In this document: piece after piece, positions 24,990 through 38,045 of the stretch
Layout of the letters: each line of letters opens with the position of its first letter
Numbering within the stretch: position 1 is the first letter of the stretch
Source: Squalus acanthias
Taxonomy: Eukaryota
DNA: 64,000 nucleotides
Direction: 5' to 3'
Assembly (NCBI GenBank): GCA_030390025.1
Contig: CM059432.1
Coordinates: forward strand, 95,978,001-96,042,000
Notes under the pieces: model-generated
What the model was told of the DNA's origin: nothing
Seen by the model: only the letters and a program-made list of their open reading frames with translations
Databases searched by the model: none
Program-made: the position numbers and the translations under genes

Positions 24990-26730
24990 TGCATTGGAAT
25001 AGTCAAGTCTAGAGGTAACAAAGGCATGGATGAGGGTTTCAGCAGCAGATGAGCTGAGGCAGGGTCAGAGACGGGCGATGTTAGAGGTGGAAATAGGCGA
25101 TCTTAGTTATGGTGCGGATATGTGGTCGGAAGCTCATTTCGGGGTCAAATATGACACCAAGGTTGCGAACAGTCTGGTTCAGCCCCAGACAGATGCTAGG
25201 GTGAGGGATGGAGTCGGTAGCTAGGGAACGGAGTTTGTGGCGGAGACCAAAGACAGTGGCTTCGGTCTTCCCAGTATTTAGTTGGAGGAAATTTCTGCTC
25301 GTCCAGTGCTGGATGTCAGACAAGCAGTCTACAATTTAGAGACAGTGGCAGGGTCAAGAAGTGGTGGTGAAGTAGAGCAGGGCATAGTCAGTGTACATGT
25401 AGAAACTGACTGTGTTTTCAGATGATGTCGCCGAGGGACAGCGTGTAGATGAGAAATAGGATGGGGCCAAGGATAGCTCCTTTGGGAACACCAGAGGTAA
25501 TGATGCGGGAGCAGGAAGAGAAGCCATTGCAGGTGATTCTCTGGCTACGAGTAGATAGATAAGAATGGAACCAGGCGATGCTGTCCCACCCAGCTGGACG
25601 ACGATGGAGAGGCATTGGAGAAGGATGGAGTGGTCAACCGTGTCAAAGGCTGCAGACAGGTCGAGAAGGACGAGGAGGGATAGTTTACCTTTGTCACAGC
25701 CACATGTCATTTGTGACTCTGATAATAGCCGTTTCGGTACTTTGGCAGGGGCGGGAACCTGTTTGGAGGGATTCAAACATGGAGTTCCAGGAAAGATGGG
25801 CACGGATTTGGGAGACGACAACACGTTCAAGGACTTTGGAGAGGAAAGGGAAGTTACAGATGGGGTGGTAGTTTGCAAGGGCAGAGGGGCCAAGAGTTGG
25901 TTTTTTTTTTGAGGAGAGGGTTAATGACGGCAGATTTGAAGGAGAGGAGGACAGTAGCTGAGGAGAGAGAACCGTTAATAATACCAGCTAACATGGGAGC
26001 CAGAAATGGAAGTTGGGTGGTCAGTACTTTAGTGGGAATAGGGTCGAGAGCAAGATGAGCGTGGAGTGGGCATGAGCGGAGATCAGAGAGAAACTGGAGA
26101 AAGATGCGAGTTCAGGGGTAGGGCAGGGGGGAACCTTAGAGGAAGTTTGGCCTGGTGTGCAAGAGGAAGGAAGGGCAGTAGCAGAGGCAGCTGATCGGAT
26201 GGTCTCAATCTTAGAGACAAAGTAGTCTATGAGCTCCTCACATTTCTTGTTGGAGGTGGGGGTGGAAGAGAAAGGGGAGACGGGTTTAAAAAGACGGTTT
26301 GCAGTAGAGAAAAGAAGCCAGGGGTTATCTTTAATTTCCAGAATGATCCTGGACGAGTGAGTAGTTTTGATAGATGAGAGCAGGACCGATAATGCTTTAT
26401 GTGGTCCAGCCAGATCTAGCGGTGAATGGTTAAACCAGTTGTCCACCATATCCGTTCAAGTCTGTGTCCCTTGGACTTACGGGAGCGAAGATGAGGATCG
26501 TACCAGGGGAACGGCCAGGGTGAGGGAGAGTAATGGTTTTAATAGGGACTAGGGTATCAAAAGTGGTGGTTGAGCAGATCGGTAGCTGCAGAAATATTGT
26601 GAATGGAGGGCTAAAGGCTGGACAGTTGGGATTTCGTAAGTGCAATTGTAAGTGAGTTGGGAGAGAGGAAGTAGGGTTAAGGTGGGGGTGGTGGGCGGGA
26701 AGGGGGATGTGGGTGGAGAGCGATACAAGG

Positions 26731-26960
26731 AGGTACGGTAGCATAGTGGTTATGTTACTGGGCTAGTAACCCAGAGGCCTGGACTAATGATCCGGAGACA
26801 TGAGTTCAAATCCCACCATGGCAGCTGGGGAATTTAAATTCAATTAATTAAATAAATCTAGAATTAAATAAAAAGGCTAGTATCAGTAGTGGTGGTCATG
26901 AAACTAACTTTAGGGAAGGAAATCTGCCATCCTTACCCAGTCTGTCCTATATGTGACTCC
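26731..26960 (+). mobile_element. tRNA-derived SINE head
   Basis: A-box-like TAGCATAGTGG, B-box GAGTTCAAATCCC; same family as 5195-5555. Confidence 0.7.
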
Positions 26961-27925
26961 TAGGCCCAACCATCTTCAGCTGCTTCATCAATGACCTTCC
27001 CTCCAACATAAGGTCAGAAATGAGGATGTTCGCTGATGACTGCACAGTGTTCAGCGCCATTCACAACTCCTCAGATAATGAAGCTGTCCATGCCCGCATG
27101 CAACAAGATCTGGACGACGTTCAGGCTTGGGCTAATAAGGGCAGGTAACATTCGCGCTACAGAAGTGCCAGGCAATGACTATCTCCAACAAGCGAGACTC
27201 TAACCACCTCTCCTTGACATTCAATGGCATTACCATCGCCGAATCCTCCACTATCAACATCCTGGGGGTAACCATTAACCAGAAACTTAACTGGACCAGC
27301 CACATAAATACTGTGGCAACAAGAGCAGGTCAGAAGCTAGGTATTCTGCAGCGAGTGTCTCATCTCCTGACTCCCCAAAGCCTTTCCACCATCTACAAGG
27401 CACAAGTAAGGAGTGTGATGGAATACTCTCCACTTGCCTGGATGAGTGCAGCTCGAACAACACTCAAGAAGCTTGACACCATCCAGGACAAAGCAGCCCG
27501 CTTGATTGGCACCCCATCCACCACCTTAAACATTCACTCCCTCCACCACTGGTGTACCGTGGCTGCAGTGTGTACCATCTACAAGATGCACTGCAGCAAC
27601 TCACCAAGGCTTCTTCGGCAGCACCTCCCAAACCCGTGACCTCTCCCACCTAGAAGGACAAGGGCAGCAGGCGCATGGGAACACCACCACCTCCAAGTTC
27701 CCTTCCAAGTCACACACCATCCTGACTTGGAAGTATATCGCCGATCCTTCATCGTCGCTGGGTCAAAATCCTGGAAAACTCCCTAACAGCACTGTGGGAG
27801 TACCATCACCACACTGACTGCAGCGGTTCAAGAAGCAGCTCACCACCACCTTCTCAAGGGCAACTAGGGATGGGCAATTAAGTGCTGGCCTTGCCAGCGA
27901 CGCCCACAGCCCATGAACGAATTTT
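26961..27925 (+). mobile_element. CR1-group LINE 3' portion (same family as 7265-7958)
   Basis: MFADDCT; ORF 27175-27639 TIYKAQVRSVMEYS; 3' tail 'cccatgaacgaattttttt'. Confidence 0.85.
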
Positions 27926-28732
27926 TTTTAAAAAAGTCCAGTGCAGAAGCGTTGTCTTGATGTCCAGAGAAGTCCAGGAATTCAGAAGCCAAACTTGAGA
28001 TCCAGCAGCTCAGTGAGAGAAGCAGAGAGCAGGCATAGGGGTTGGGGGATCGGTAATGGTGGTTTAAAATAGCAGTTAACTTGTAGTTAGGGCTAAAATG
28101 CACCAACTAGTAGAGCTCGGGGAACTTGAACAGTGGAAGCAAGGAGATTTGGGAAAGAAAGGGTAAAGGATGGCAGCAGATTCCCATGGATAGAGGTAAA
28201 TCAATGAGGAGCTCCCTCTGGAACTGCCAGCTAGGAGCAGCCATCTGGTCATCAAACAATAAACCAAAGTGATTTTTTTTTCATTGTTAATGCAGTAGTT
28301 GGACTGAGTGTAGTGATAGTCTAATGTAAAACTATTATACTGTTTTAAAATGTGTGTGCTGATTGAAGGTGACTTTTTAAAAATTAAAAATAGGCATTTA
28401 AAAAGTCAGATTTTGTCACAAAATATCTTAAATATTAATGTTAATTTGTGCTTGAATTTTTAATTCTGTGATTTGAAATGTCTAGTTAAGCATCAATATT
28501 GAGGTATCATCTAAAGTAATCCCATATAGTGCAATACAATTATATGTTTCACTGTACAAGTTTATCCTTTTTTCATCCATTTGTTTTTATGTAAGTTTCC
28601 TTGTCAATAGAACCATGTATTAGTTTTTCCCTTTCTGCTAAATAAGATGCGAAACAATTTTCTGTGTAAGTGTATAATTTCTTGCTCCCTTTTCTCCTTT
28701 AACACTTCTTCCTATTTTTCCCCACCCCTTAG

Positions 28733-28853
28733 GCAGCAGAAGCTTGCAGAGAGGGAGAAGAGGTCAGCTGAACAGCAAAGGAAGAAGATGGAAAAGGATG
28801 CACAAAGGTTACTGAGAAAGGAACAGAACAAAATTGCTGTAAAACTTTCATAA
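28733..28853 (+). CDS. EBAG9: EBAG9 last coding exon (coiled coil, stop codon)
   Basis: Long pyrimidine tract plus AG; (R)QQKLAEREKRSAEQQRKKMEKDAQRLLRKEQNKIAVKLS*. Confidence 0.96.
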
Positions 28854-31120
28854 CCGTGAGTGATATGTGGACCCGTCACTGTCAGCAGAAGAGCAGGATA
28901 TGTTACTGCCATGGCAACTATGACCAGTATACTTTGGTGAAGAATGTTTTTATAAGTAGTTGCTACTGATGGTCATTTGACCAATGAGCATGCATTCTAG
29001 CTCAAGTCACCATCTGATGCTTGGAAATCTTCATGGATTACTGGAAGTCGTTGGGATAGATACAAGATTTTACAGTATATATACATTTTGTTCCACGCTG
29101 TCCAGTCAGTGCATTGTTGGGTGCAGTACTTTACTGCACCAATTCCTGAACATCCTAGTAGATTATTTACTGGAGTTCTTTTCTGATTCTCCAGGTTGAA
29201 TATAGGAATATTTGTAGCTGGATGGACATAATTTATCTGCTGTGTGTAAAATATCTTTTATTTGGAATTATATTTAAGCATAAAAGTGTGTTGGTCTGTC
29301 TGGATTTACAAGTTATCCATCTGTTCTGTTACTGCCGGACACTGAAATATTACCAATGAAATCAATGAATTATCAAAACATGGGAGTTTGTGCTGTATAT
29401 ATTCCTTTAAACAGGTTACTGAGAGAATGATAAGTATAAAAAAATGACTAAATGCATTTGTATATATCTGGTAAAATGTCTGTTTGGGGGTGATTGACAT
29501 CAGCTAAATAGAGGACTGTTCCTGAAACTCATTTTTGTTTTTTAATTCATGACTTTTGGCATTCTGAAAGTTAGCATTTCAGTCGCAATTACTGTACAAA
29601 TTAAAGTACAAATTCTGCAGGAAGCAATGAAGAATATAACTACTACAATATTATTAAGCCTAGTGTGTGCGTCTATATTCGTAGCCAGTCACTTATAAAG
29701 TACATAATCGCCTTGGTGGCAGTGCTGCAAAATTTGAAATTGTATGTAATGTACAGTTCTGCAGCATCTGCCATATTTGTGTCTTTTGGAAGCTAGCAGA
29801 ATCAGCTTGCATTTGTTAATTTTTGTTAAACTTTTTGCATGTTTCTTTTAACTACTTTAAAATGATATGAATGATGCCTTGAATGAAATTGTGTATCTTA
29901 AATGAAAATGGTCCATATTCTGCTGTAGGTTGATACCTATTTGTAGTCTTATGAATTCTCTAATCCACAATTAAGAGCAGAACATTTTTAATATTGCCTG
30001 AAATAAGGTTAAACCGCTGCCTAATTCTACAATTGGAAAGGAAACCAGCTTTCTTTATTTTCTTTACTACATGCTGTATTGCTATTCCTGCCCACCTGTT
30101 TTGAAATATGCTTATTGTACAGCTAAAATTCAATTAACTGGCGATGAGCGTATCATTTTTCATAAATAAGGTGCTCCTATTTTGGGCCCGTTTTCCAATG
30201 TGATAGTGCATATTTAGTGTTGATCACTTCAAGATCTGTTCTACTAAAACCTTTCCCATCCAATGTATACTTGGGTTTTGGAGCAATATTTCAAAATAAA
30301 ATGATGAGTTACATACAAAAAGTATGTTGGTACACTAAAAATAATTTAACGTGTATCATCTTGATCAAAAGCTGACAAAATAATTTGTAAATGATGTTTA
30401 AGATCTCTTTTGTGATGGGGTACTTATTTCAATCTATGCTGTTCACCTTGCAGTTAAACATCTTGCAGTAACATTTTCTTCCTGATTCAGTACTACTTCA
30501 AATCTGTTATTACTTCATACAAATTTGGTGAAAGTATTACCAAAATCAATAAATGATCCCTTATATCCAAAACTATTATAACTGTTTCAGTAATGGCATT
30601 GGACCGTAAACTGAAATCTTGTGACCACATCAGATATCTTTGCAGGTAGAATTGTAAGAATACAGATTACTTGTCAAACTGATAATCACTGATCCTTAGA
30701 AATATAATTGTTTTCTTTAACATAAGTAACAATTTCTTTCCACATACTGCTTTACTTCTTTTCAGCAACCTTTATAAGTAATGTAAATTGTATAAATTTT
30801 CCTAAGTCTGTAAAATACCTATGTTTAAATCTATTGCGCAGTCCATTGTACAGTATTAAAAAAGGGTAATTGAAAATTCATGGTCTTTTTGTTCTCCATG
30901 AGTTGGGCACTTAATGAAACTTGGAGCAAGAGTGTTAATTATAGCTAGTGTCATCTGATCTTCCTGTGAAACCTACCCATCTTCATTTTTCTTACCATTG
31001 GTGGCAAATCAAATCTGCATAAGAAAACATTTTGCAATTATTACTATGCTTTTTTTTGCTTGCATTTTAAAGTCAATCCTTTTTGTTAAAAAATAAATGT
31101 TTTGGTTTTAAGTTTTATGT
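28854..31120 (+). other. EBAG9: Probable EBAG9 3' UTR with candidate polyA signals
   Basis: AT-rich tract with no recognisable repeats; AATAAA at 30295, 30548 and 31092 (the last followed by GT-rich sequence); actual end not determinable. Confidence 0.5.
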
Positions 31121-32869
31121 CCAGTTTTGATTTCAGAAAGGGAGCAAAGAGGCTCCTTTCTGTGCACTTTCCACATTGTAGTGGTGCATAACAACATAAG
31201 TCACTAATGATGTGCTTTTAAGATGTAATTCATACTGGGATGCCATACGAAGCTTCTGTGATGCATTTAGGAAAAAGCCTCCCCAGGAGTAGTCGGTTCT
31301 TTGTTGCTAGCCTTAGACATTTAGCTGTGGCTCTCCATGGTAGTCAAGAGTTTGTACCTTAGTGTTTGATTAATGGCTACTTCTGGATAATACTATTCCA
31401 ACAGTTTATCATAGAAATTTACAGCACAGAAGGAGGCTATTCGGCCCATCTTGTCGGTGCCGGCCGACAAAGAACTATTCACCCTAATCCCGCTTTCCAG
31501 CACTTGGTCCGTAGCCTTGTAGGTTACGGCACTTCAAGTACATATCCAAATACTTTTTAAATGTGATGAGAGTCTCTGCCTCTACCACCCTTTCAGGCAG
31601 TGAGTTCCAGACCCCCACCACCCTCTGGGTGAAAACATTTCTCCTCAAATCCCCTCTAAACTTCCGACCAATTACTTTAAATCTATGCCCCCTGGTTATT
31701 GACCCTTCTGCTAAGGGAAATAGGTCCTTCCTATCCACTCTATCTAGGCCCCTCATAATTTTATACACCTCAATTAGGTCTCACCTCAGCCTCCTCTGTT
31801 CCAAAGAAAACAACCCCAGCCTATCCAATCTTTCCTCATAGCTAAAATTCCCCAGCCCAGGCAACATCCTCGTGAATCTCCTCTGCACCCCGTCTAGTGC
31901 AATCACATCCTTCCTCTAATGTGATGACCAGAACTGCACGCAGTATTCTAGCTGCAGCCTAACTAGTGTTTTATACAGTTCAAGCATAACCTCCCTGCTC
32001 TTATATTCTATGCCTCGGCTAATAAAGGCAAGTATCCCGTATGCCTTCTTAACCACCTTATCTACCTATCGTGCTACCTTCAGAGATCTGTGGACATGCA
32101 CTACAAGGTACCTCTGATCTTCTGCACTTCTCAGTGTCCTACCATTTATAGTGTATTCCCTTGCCTTGTTAACCCTGTAATGCCTGTACGTCGTGATTGT
32201 TGAGTCTTGCATCACTTCTAAATCTTTCTCACTTTCATCACTTATATCTGAGCTGTTGAATCAAATATGTAACATTCAGATATCAAGATATCTTCTTGCA
32301 AGCTGCAGGGATTTATCTTTGGCCCACTCATCATCTTCATTGACTTTAGATATTGAAAGATGATTTGTTTTTCTTACTGATGCCTGCTGCGAAAGGTTGA
32401 CTTTGTTGGCTGCCTATCTCTCTTCCATAAGGTGCTACTAGTTAAATAATATCTTGTTGATAGTAGCATATAAGCAACAAGGGGAAGACAGGAAAAGGTG
32501 GCTAAAAATCTGGTCGATATAGAAATTTTGACCATTTTTGTCACTGTCAGCAGTATTCAGCAGCCTATATCTGTCCAATAATGCAATATTATAAGTCTTT
32601 TGAACAGGCTACACTGCACATTCATCTCTTTCTTCTAAATGTTGTGCCAGAAACTAACAACACTTTTAGTGTATATGAAGAGTTGGCCGACTACCCAAGT
32701 CCATTCTCTGCAGCATCGCAGAGATGCGATAAGACTGTCAGTTGTCTACAAAATACTGGCTGTTAGTTATTTGCACTTAACTCCGAATTTTATTGTGCCA
32801 TAAGTGCAAGAACGTAAGTTGGCTGGAACTCTGTACAGTATATGCAGAATGATGCTTTTAAACTACTTG

Positions 32870-33790
32870 TTCTAAAATTTCTACATTTGTGGATGACATC
32901 AAATTGGGCGGGATAGTCAATACTGAGGAGGACTGCAACAAGTTACAGGAGGACATTAATAAACTTGCAGAATAGGCATATAATTGGCAAATGAAGTTCA
33001 ACACAGATAAATGTGAGGTATTACATTTTGGTAGGAAGAATAGGGAGGTCACTTGGAGGGTCCGAGTCTAGGTGGGGTGGAGGAACAAAGGGATCTCTGA
33101 GTACAAATACACAAATCACTAAAAGTTGCGACACAGGTTAGCAAGGCATTAAAAAAAGCAAACCCAAGCACTAGGGTTTATTTCTAGAGGGATAGAATTG
33201 AAAAGTAGGGAAGTTATGATAAAACCTGTATCGAACCTTGGTTAGATCACACTTCCGAGTAATGTGTACAGTTCTGATCGCCATATTATAAAGGATATAG
33301 AGGCACTGGAAAGGGCGCAGAGAAGATTTACAAGGATGACACCAGAAATGCGAGGGTATACATATCAGGAAAGGATGAACAGGCTGGGTCTCTTTTCTCT
33401 TGAAAAAAGAAGGCTGAGAGGGGTGACCTAATAGAGGTCTTTAAAATTTATGAACGGTTTTGATAGAGTGGATACAGAGAGAATGTTTCCACTTGTGGGG
33501 AAGAGCATAACTAGAGGCCATCAATATAAGATAGTCACCAAGAAATCCAATAGGGAATTCAGAAGAAACTTCTTTACCCAAAGAGTGGTGAGAATGTGGA
33601 ACTCGCTACCACAGGGAGTGGTTGAAGCGAATAGTATGGATGCATTTAAGGGGAGGCTAGACAAGCATATGAGGGAAAAGGGAATAGAGGATTATGCTGA
33701 TAGACTTCGATGAGGAAAGATGGGAGAGGCTCGTGTGGAGCATGGACTGGTTGGGCCGAATGGCCTGTTTCTGTGCCCTATATCCTATGT
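32870..33790 (+). mobile_element. CR1 3' fragment nested in the opposite orientation
   Basis: FVDDIKLG-like motif; ORF 33450-33713 RNFFTQRVVRMWNSLP; 3' UTR. Confidence 0.85.
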
Positions 33791-35969
33791 AATCCCTCCC
33801 CAAATGCATTACCTCACACTTCTCCAAATTGAATTCCATTCTGCCCACCTGACCAGTCCATTGATATCTTCCTGCAGTCTGCAGCTTTCTTCCTTATTAT
33901 CAACCACACAGCCAATTTTTTGTATCAAAAAGCAAAAGATCCAGTACTGAGCCCTGCGGAACCCCACTGGAAACAGCCTTCCAGTCACAAAAACACCCTT
34001 CAACCATTACCCTTTGTTTCCTGCCTCTGAGCCAATTTTGGATCCAACTTGCCACTTTGCCTTGGATCCCATGGGCTTTTACTTTCGTGTCCAGTATGCC
34101 ATGTGGGACCTTATCAAAAGCCTTGCTAAAATCCATATAGACTACATTAAATGCACTACCCTCATTGACCCTCCTTGTTACCTCAAAAAAATTCAATCAA
34201 GTTAGTCAGACACGACCTTCCCTTAACAAATCCATGCTGACTGTCCCTGATTAATCCGTGTCTTTCTAAATGACGATTTATCCTGTCCATCAGAATTTTT
34301 TCCAATAATTTTCCCACCACCGAGGTTAGGCTGACTGGCCTGTAATTACTCTGTCTATCCCCTTCTCCCTTTTTAAACAACGGTACCACGTTAGCAGTCC
34401 TCCAGTCCTCTGGCACCACACCTGTAGCCAGAGCGGATTGGAAAATGATGGTTAGAGCCTCTGCTATTTCCTCTCTTCTCTTAACAGTCTGGGATACATT
34501 TCATCTGGGCCTGGGGATTTATCCACTTTCAAAGATGCTAAACTGCTTAATACTTCCTCTTTCACTATGTTTATTCCATCTAATATTTCACACTCCTCCT
34601 TCCTGATTGCAATATCTGCATCGTCCCTCTTTTGTGAAAACAGTCGCAAAGTATTCATTAAGAACCATACCCATGTCTTCCGCTTCCACACACAGGTTAC
34701 CTTTATGGTCCCCAATAGGCCCTACTCTTACTTTAGTTACTCTCTTGCTCTTAATGTATTTATAAAACATCTTTGGGTTTTCCTTGATTTTACTTGCTAA
34801 TATTTTTTCATGCCCTCTCTTTGCTTTCCTAATTTCCTTTTTGATTTCACCCCTGCACTTTCTATACTCCTCTCTGCTTTCTGCAGTATTGAGTCCTCGG
34901 TATCTGTCATAAGCTTCCCTTTTTTTCTTTATCCTACCCTGTATGCCCCTTGACATCCAGGGAGCTCTAGATTTGTTAGTCCCACCCTTTTTCTTTAAGA
35001 GAACATACTTGCTATGAACCCTCACTATCTCCTTGAATGCCTCCCACTGCTCTGACACTGATTCACCTTCAAGTTTCTGTCTCCAGTCCACTTTGGCTAA
35101 ATCACCTCTCAGCTTAGTAAAATTAGCTTTTCCCCAATTGAGAACTTTTATTCCTGGTCCATCTTTGTCCTTTTCCATAACTACCCTAAATCTAACTGAA
35201 TTATGATCACTACCACCAATATGCTCTCCCATTGATACCCTTTCCACCTGCCCAGCTTCATTCCCGAAAACTAGGTCCAGAACTGCCCCCTTCTCTTGTT
35301 GGGCTTGCTACGTACTGGCAAAAAAAGTTCTCCTGAATGCATTTTAAGAATTCTGCTCCCTCTATGCCTTTCTCACTAATTTTATCCCAGTTAATATTAG
35401 GGAAGTTGAAAACCCCTACTATTACTGTCCTATTTTTGCACGTCTCAGAAATTTGCCTACATATTTGCTCTTTTATCTCCCTCTGACTGTTCGGAGCTCT
35501 ATAGTACACTCCCAGCAGTGTGATTGCCCCTTTTTTGTTTTTCAGTTCAACCCATATGGCCTCATTTGATGATCCTTCGAAGATATCCTCCCTCCTCACA
35601 GCTGTAATTGATTCTTTAATCAATATTGCGACCCCCCCCCTCCTTTTTTTATCCCCTTCTCTATCTCGTCTGAAAACCCTGTAACCAGGAATGTTGAGCT
35701 GTCATTCCTGCCCCTTCAGCCATGTCTCAGTGGCTATATCATACTCCCACGTGTCTATCTGTGCCCTCAGCTCATCTGCTTTATTCCCTAGACTCCTTGC
35801 GTTGAAGTATATACCATTTAGCACTGCCAAACTCCCTTGTTGTCTATTTTCTAGCCTTTGTTTCCTCTGCCTACCAAACTCGCTTACTAATTTTCTGCTT
35901 TCCATTTCTAGCTTTGCTTCTCTCCCTTCTGAATCCACTCTCAGGTTCCCATCCCCCTGCCAAGCTAGT

Positions 35970-36910
35970 TTAAACCCGCCCCAACAGCATTAGCAAACCC
36001 CGCCGCGAGGATATTGGTTCCGGTCCTGTTGAGGTGCAACCCTTCGGCTTGTACAGGTCCCATCTCCCCCAGAAACGGTCCCAATGCCTCAGGAATCTAA
36101 AGCCCTCCCTCCTGCACCATCTCTCCAGCCACGCATTCATCTGCTCTATCCTCCTGTTTCTGTACTCACTAGCATGTGGCACCGGGAGTAATCCGGAGAT
36201 TACTATCTTTGAGGTCCTGCTTTTTAATCTCTTTCCTAGCTCCCTAAAATCTGACTGCAGAACCTCATCCCTCTTTCTACCTATGTCGTTGGTACCGATG
36301 TGGACCAAGACCTCTGGCTGTTCACCCTCCCCCCTCAGAATGTCCTGCAGCCGTTCAGTGACATCCTTTACCCTGGCATCAGGGAGGCAACATACCATCC
36401 TGGAGTCACGTCTGTGGCTGCAGAAACGCCTGTCTATTCCCCATACTATCGAATCCCCTACCACTATTTCTCTTCCACACTTCTTCCTCCCCACCTGTGC
36501 AGCTGAGCCACCCATGGTGCCGTGGACTTGGCTTTGGCTGCACTCCCCAGAGGAACCATCGCCCTCACCAGTATCCAGAACTGAATACTGGTTGGTGAGC
36601 GAGATGCACTCGGGGACTCCTACACTACCTGCCTGGTGGTCCTCTTCTGTCTGGCAGTCACCCATTCCCTCTCTGCCTGCAAACTCTTAAGCTGTGGGGC
36701 GACCACCTCCAGAAACGTGCTATCCACATAACTCTCAGCCTCGCGGATGCACCGCAGTGACTCCAGCCGCCGCTCAAGCTCCAAAACCCGGAGCTCGAGC
36801 TGCTGTAGCTGGTGACACTTCCTGCACACGTGGTCCAGGCTACGGGAAGCGTCCATGATTTCCCACATGGCACAGGATGTGCATTCCACGGGGCTGAGCT
36901 GCCCTGCCAT
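35970..36910 (-). pseudogene. CR1 ORF1 (zinc finger/leucine zipper plus esterase), frameshifted
   Basis: MAGQLSPVECTSCAMW...VCRKC...LELRVLELERRL, then IVVGDSIV...VCCLPDARVKDV...VHIGTNDIG. Confidence 0.85.
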
Positions 36911-37130
36911 GCCTCTATATAATATACTATGAACTACCTTGACAGAAATAAACTTAAAAAACACTCACCAGCTACTCACCAATCAGCTCTCTCCCTCTAA
37001 TAGGCTATGAACTACTTAGCAGAAATACACTAAAAACTTAACAGAAAATACCCACCAGCTACTCCCCAATCAGTTCCCTTGTGCCGACGTCACTTCTGAA
37101 TTCTGACGTCACTCCTATGTTGAGTACCTC

Positions 37131-38045
37131 TCTGTGCCTCTCGCAGGTCCGCCACTCAGCTCCGGTCCCAGGCCTCCTCTCCGCGCTCCTTTTATCCTCC
37201 TCTCGCCGACTCCGTGCCTCTCACAGGTCCGCCACTCAGCTCCGGTCCCAGGCCTCCTCTCCGCGCTCCTTTTATCCTCCTCTCGCCGACTCCGTGCCTC
37301 TCACAGGTCCGCCACTCAGCTCCGGTCCCAGGCCTCCTCTCCGCGCTCCTTTTATCCTCCTCTCGCCGACTCCGTGCCTCTCAGCTCCGGTCCCAGGCCT
37401 CCTCTCCGCGCTCCTTTTATCCTCCTCTCGCCGACTCCGTGCCTCTCACAGGTCCGCCACTCAGCTCCGGTCCCAGGCCTCCTCTCCGCGCTCCTTTTAT
37501 CCTCCTCTCGCCGACTCCGTGCCTCTCGCAGGTCCGCCACTCAGCTCTGGTCCCAGGCCTCCTCTCCGCGCTCCTTTTATCCTCCTCTCGCCGACTCTGT
37601 GCCTCTCACAGGTCCGCCACTCAGCTCCGGTCCCAGGCCTCCTCTCCGCGCTCCTTTTATCCTCCTCTCCGCGCTCCTTTTATCCTCCTCTCGCCAACTC
37701 CGTGCCTCTCACAGGTCCGCCACTCAGCTCTGGTCCCAGGCCTCCTCTCCGCGCTCCTTTTATCCTCCTCTCCGCGCTCCTTTTATCCTCCTCTCGCCAA
37801 CTCCGTGCCTCTCACAGGTCCGCCACTCAGCTCCGGTCCCAGGCCTCCTCTCCGCGCTCCTTTTATCCTCCTCTCCGCGCTCCTTTTATCCTCCTCTCGC
37901 CAACTCCGTGCCTCTCACAGGTCCGCCACTCAGCTCCGGTCCCAGGCCTCCTCTCCGCGCTCCTTTTATCCTCCTCTCCGCGCTCCTTTTATCCTCCTCT
38001 CGCCAACTCCGTGCCTCTCACAGGTCCGCCACTCAGCTCCGGCCT
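37131..38045. repeat. GC-rich minisatellite, about 10 units of 80 bp (one 65 bp) and 103 bp
   Basis: Unit tcacaggtccgccactcagctccggtcccaggcctcctctccgcgctccttttatcctcctctcgccgactccgtgcctc. Confidence 0.95.

Larger units (their letters stand above)
23741..26730 (-). mobile_element. L2 LINE, interrupted by a Penelope-like insertion
   Basis: LLDLSAAFDTVDH; 3' tail near 23741; colinear with 1292-3010 once 24287-24989 is removed. Confidence 0.85.
31410..38045 (-). mobile_element. Near-full-length CR1 LINE (5' UTR, ORF1, ORF2, 3' UTR), decayed and interrupted at about 32177-33793
   Basis: ORF1 CxxC/leucine-zipper plus SGNH esterase (GDSIV, HIGTND); ORF2 YFNARSL, ETWL, YMDFSKAFDKV; 'ttgccttgttaaccct' (32176) rejoins 'ccctccccaaatgc' (33794). 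Confidence 0.88.

Noticed and set aside
28647..28732. 5' part of ORF 28647-28853
   Set aside because: Intronic polypyrimidine tract; the real exon starts at 28733
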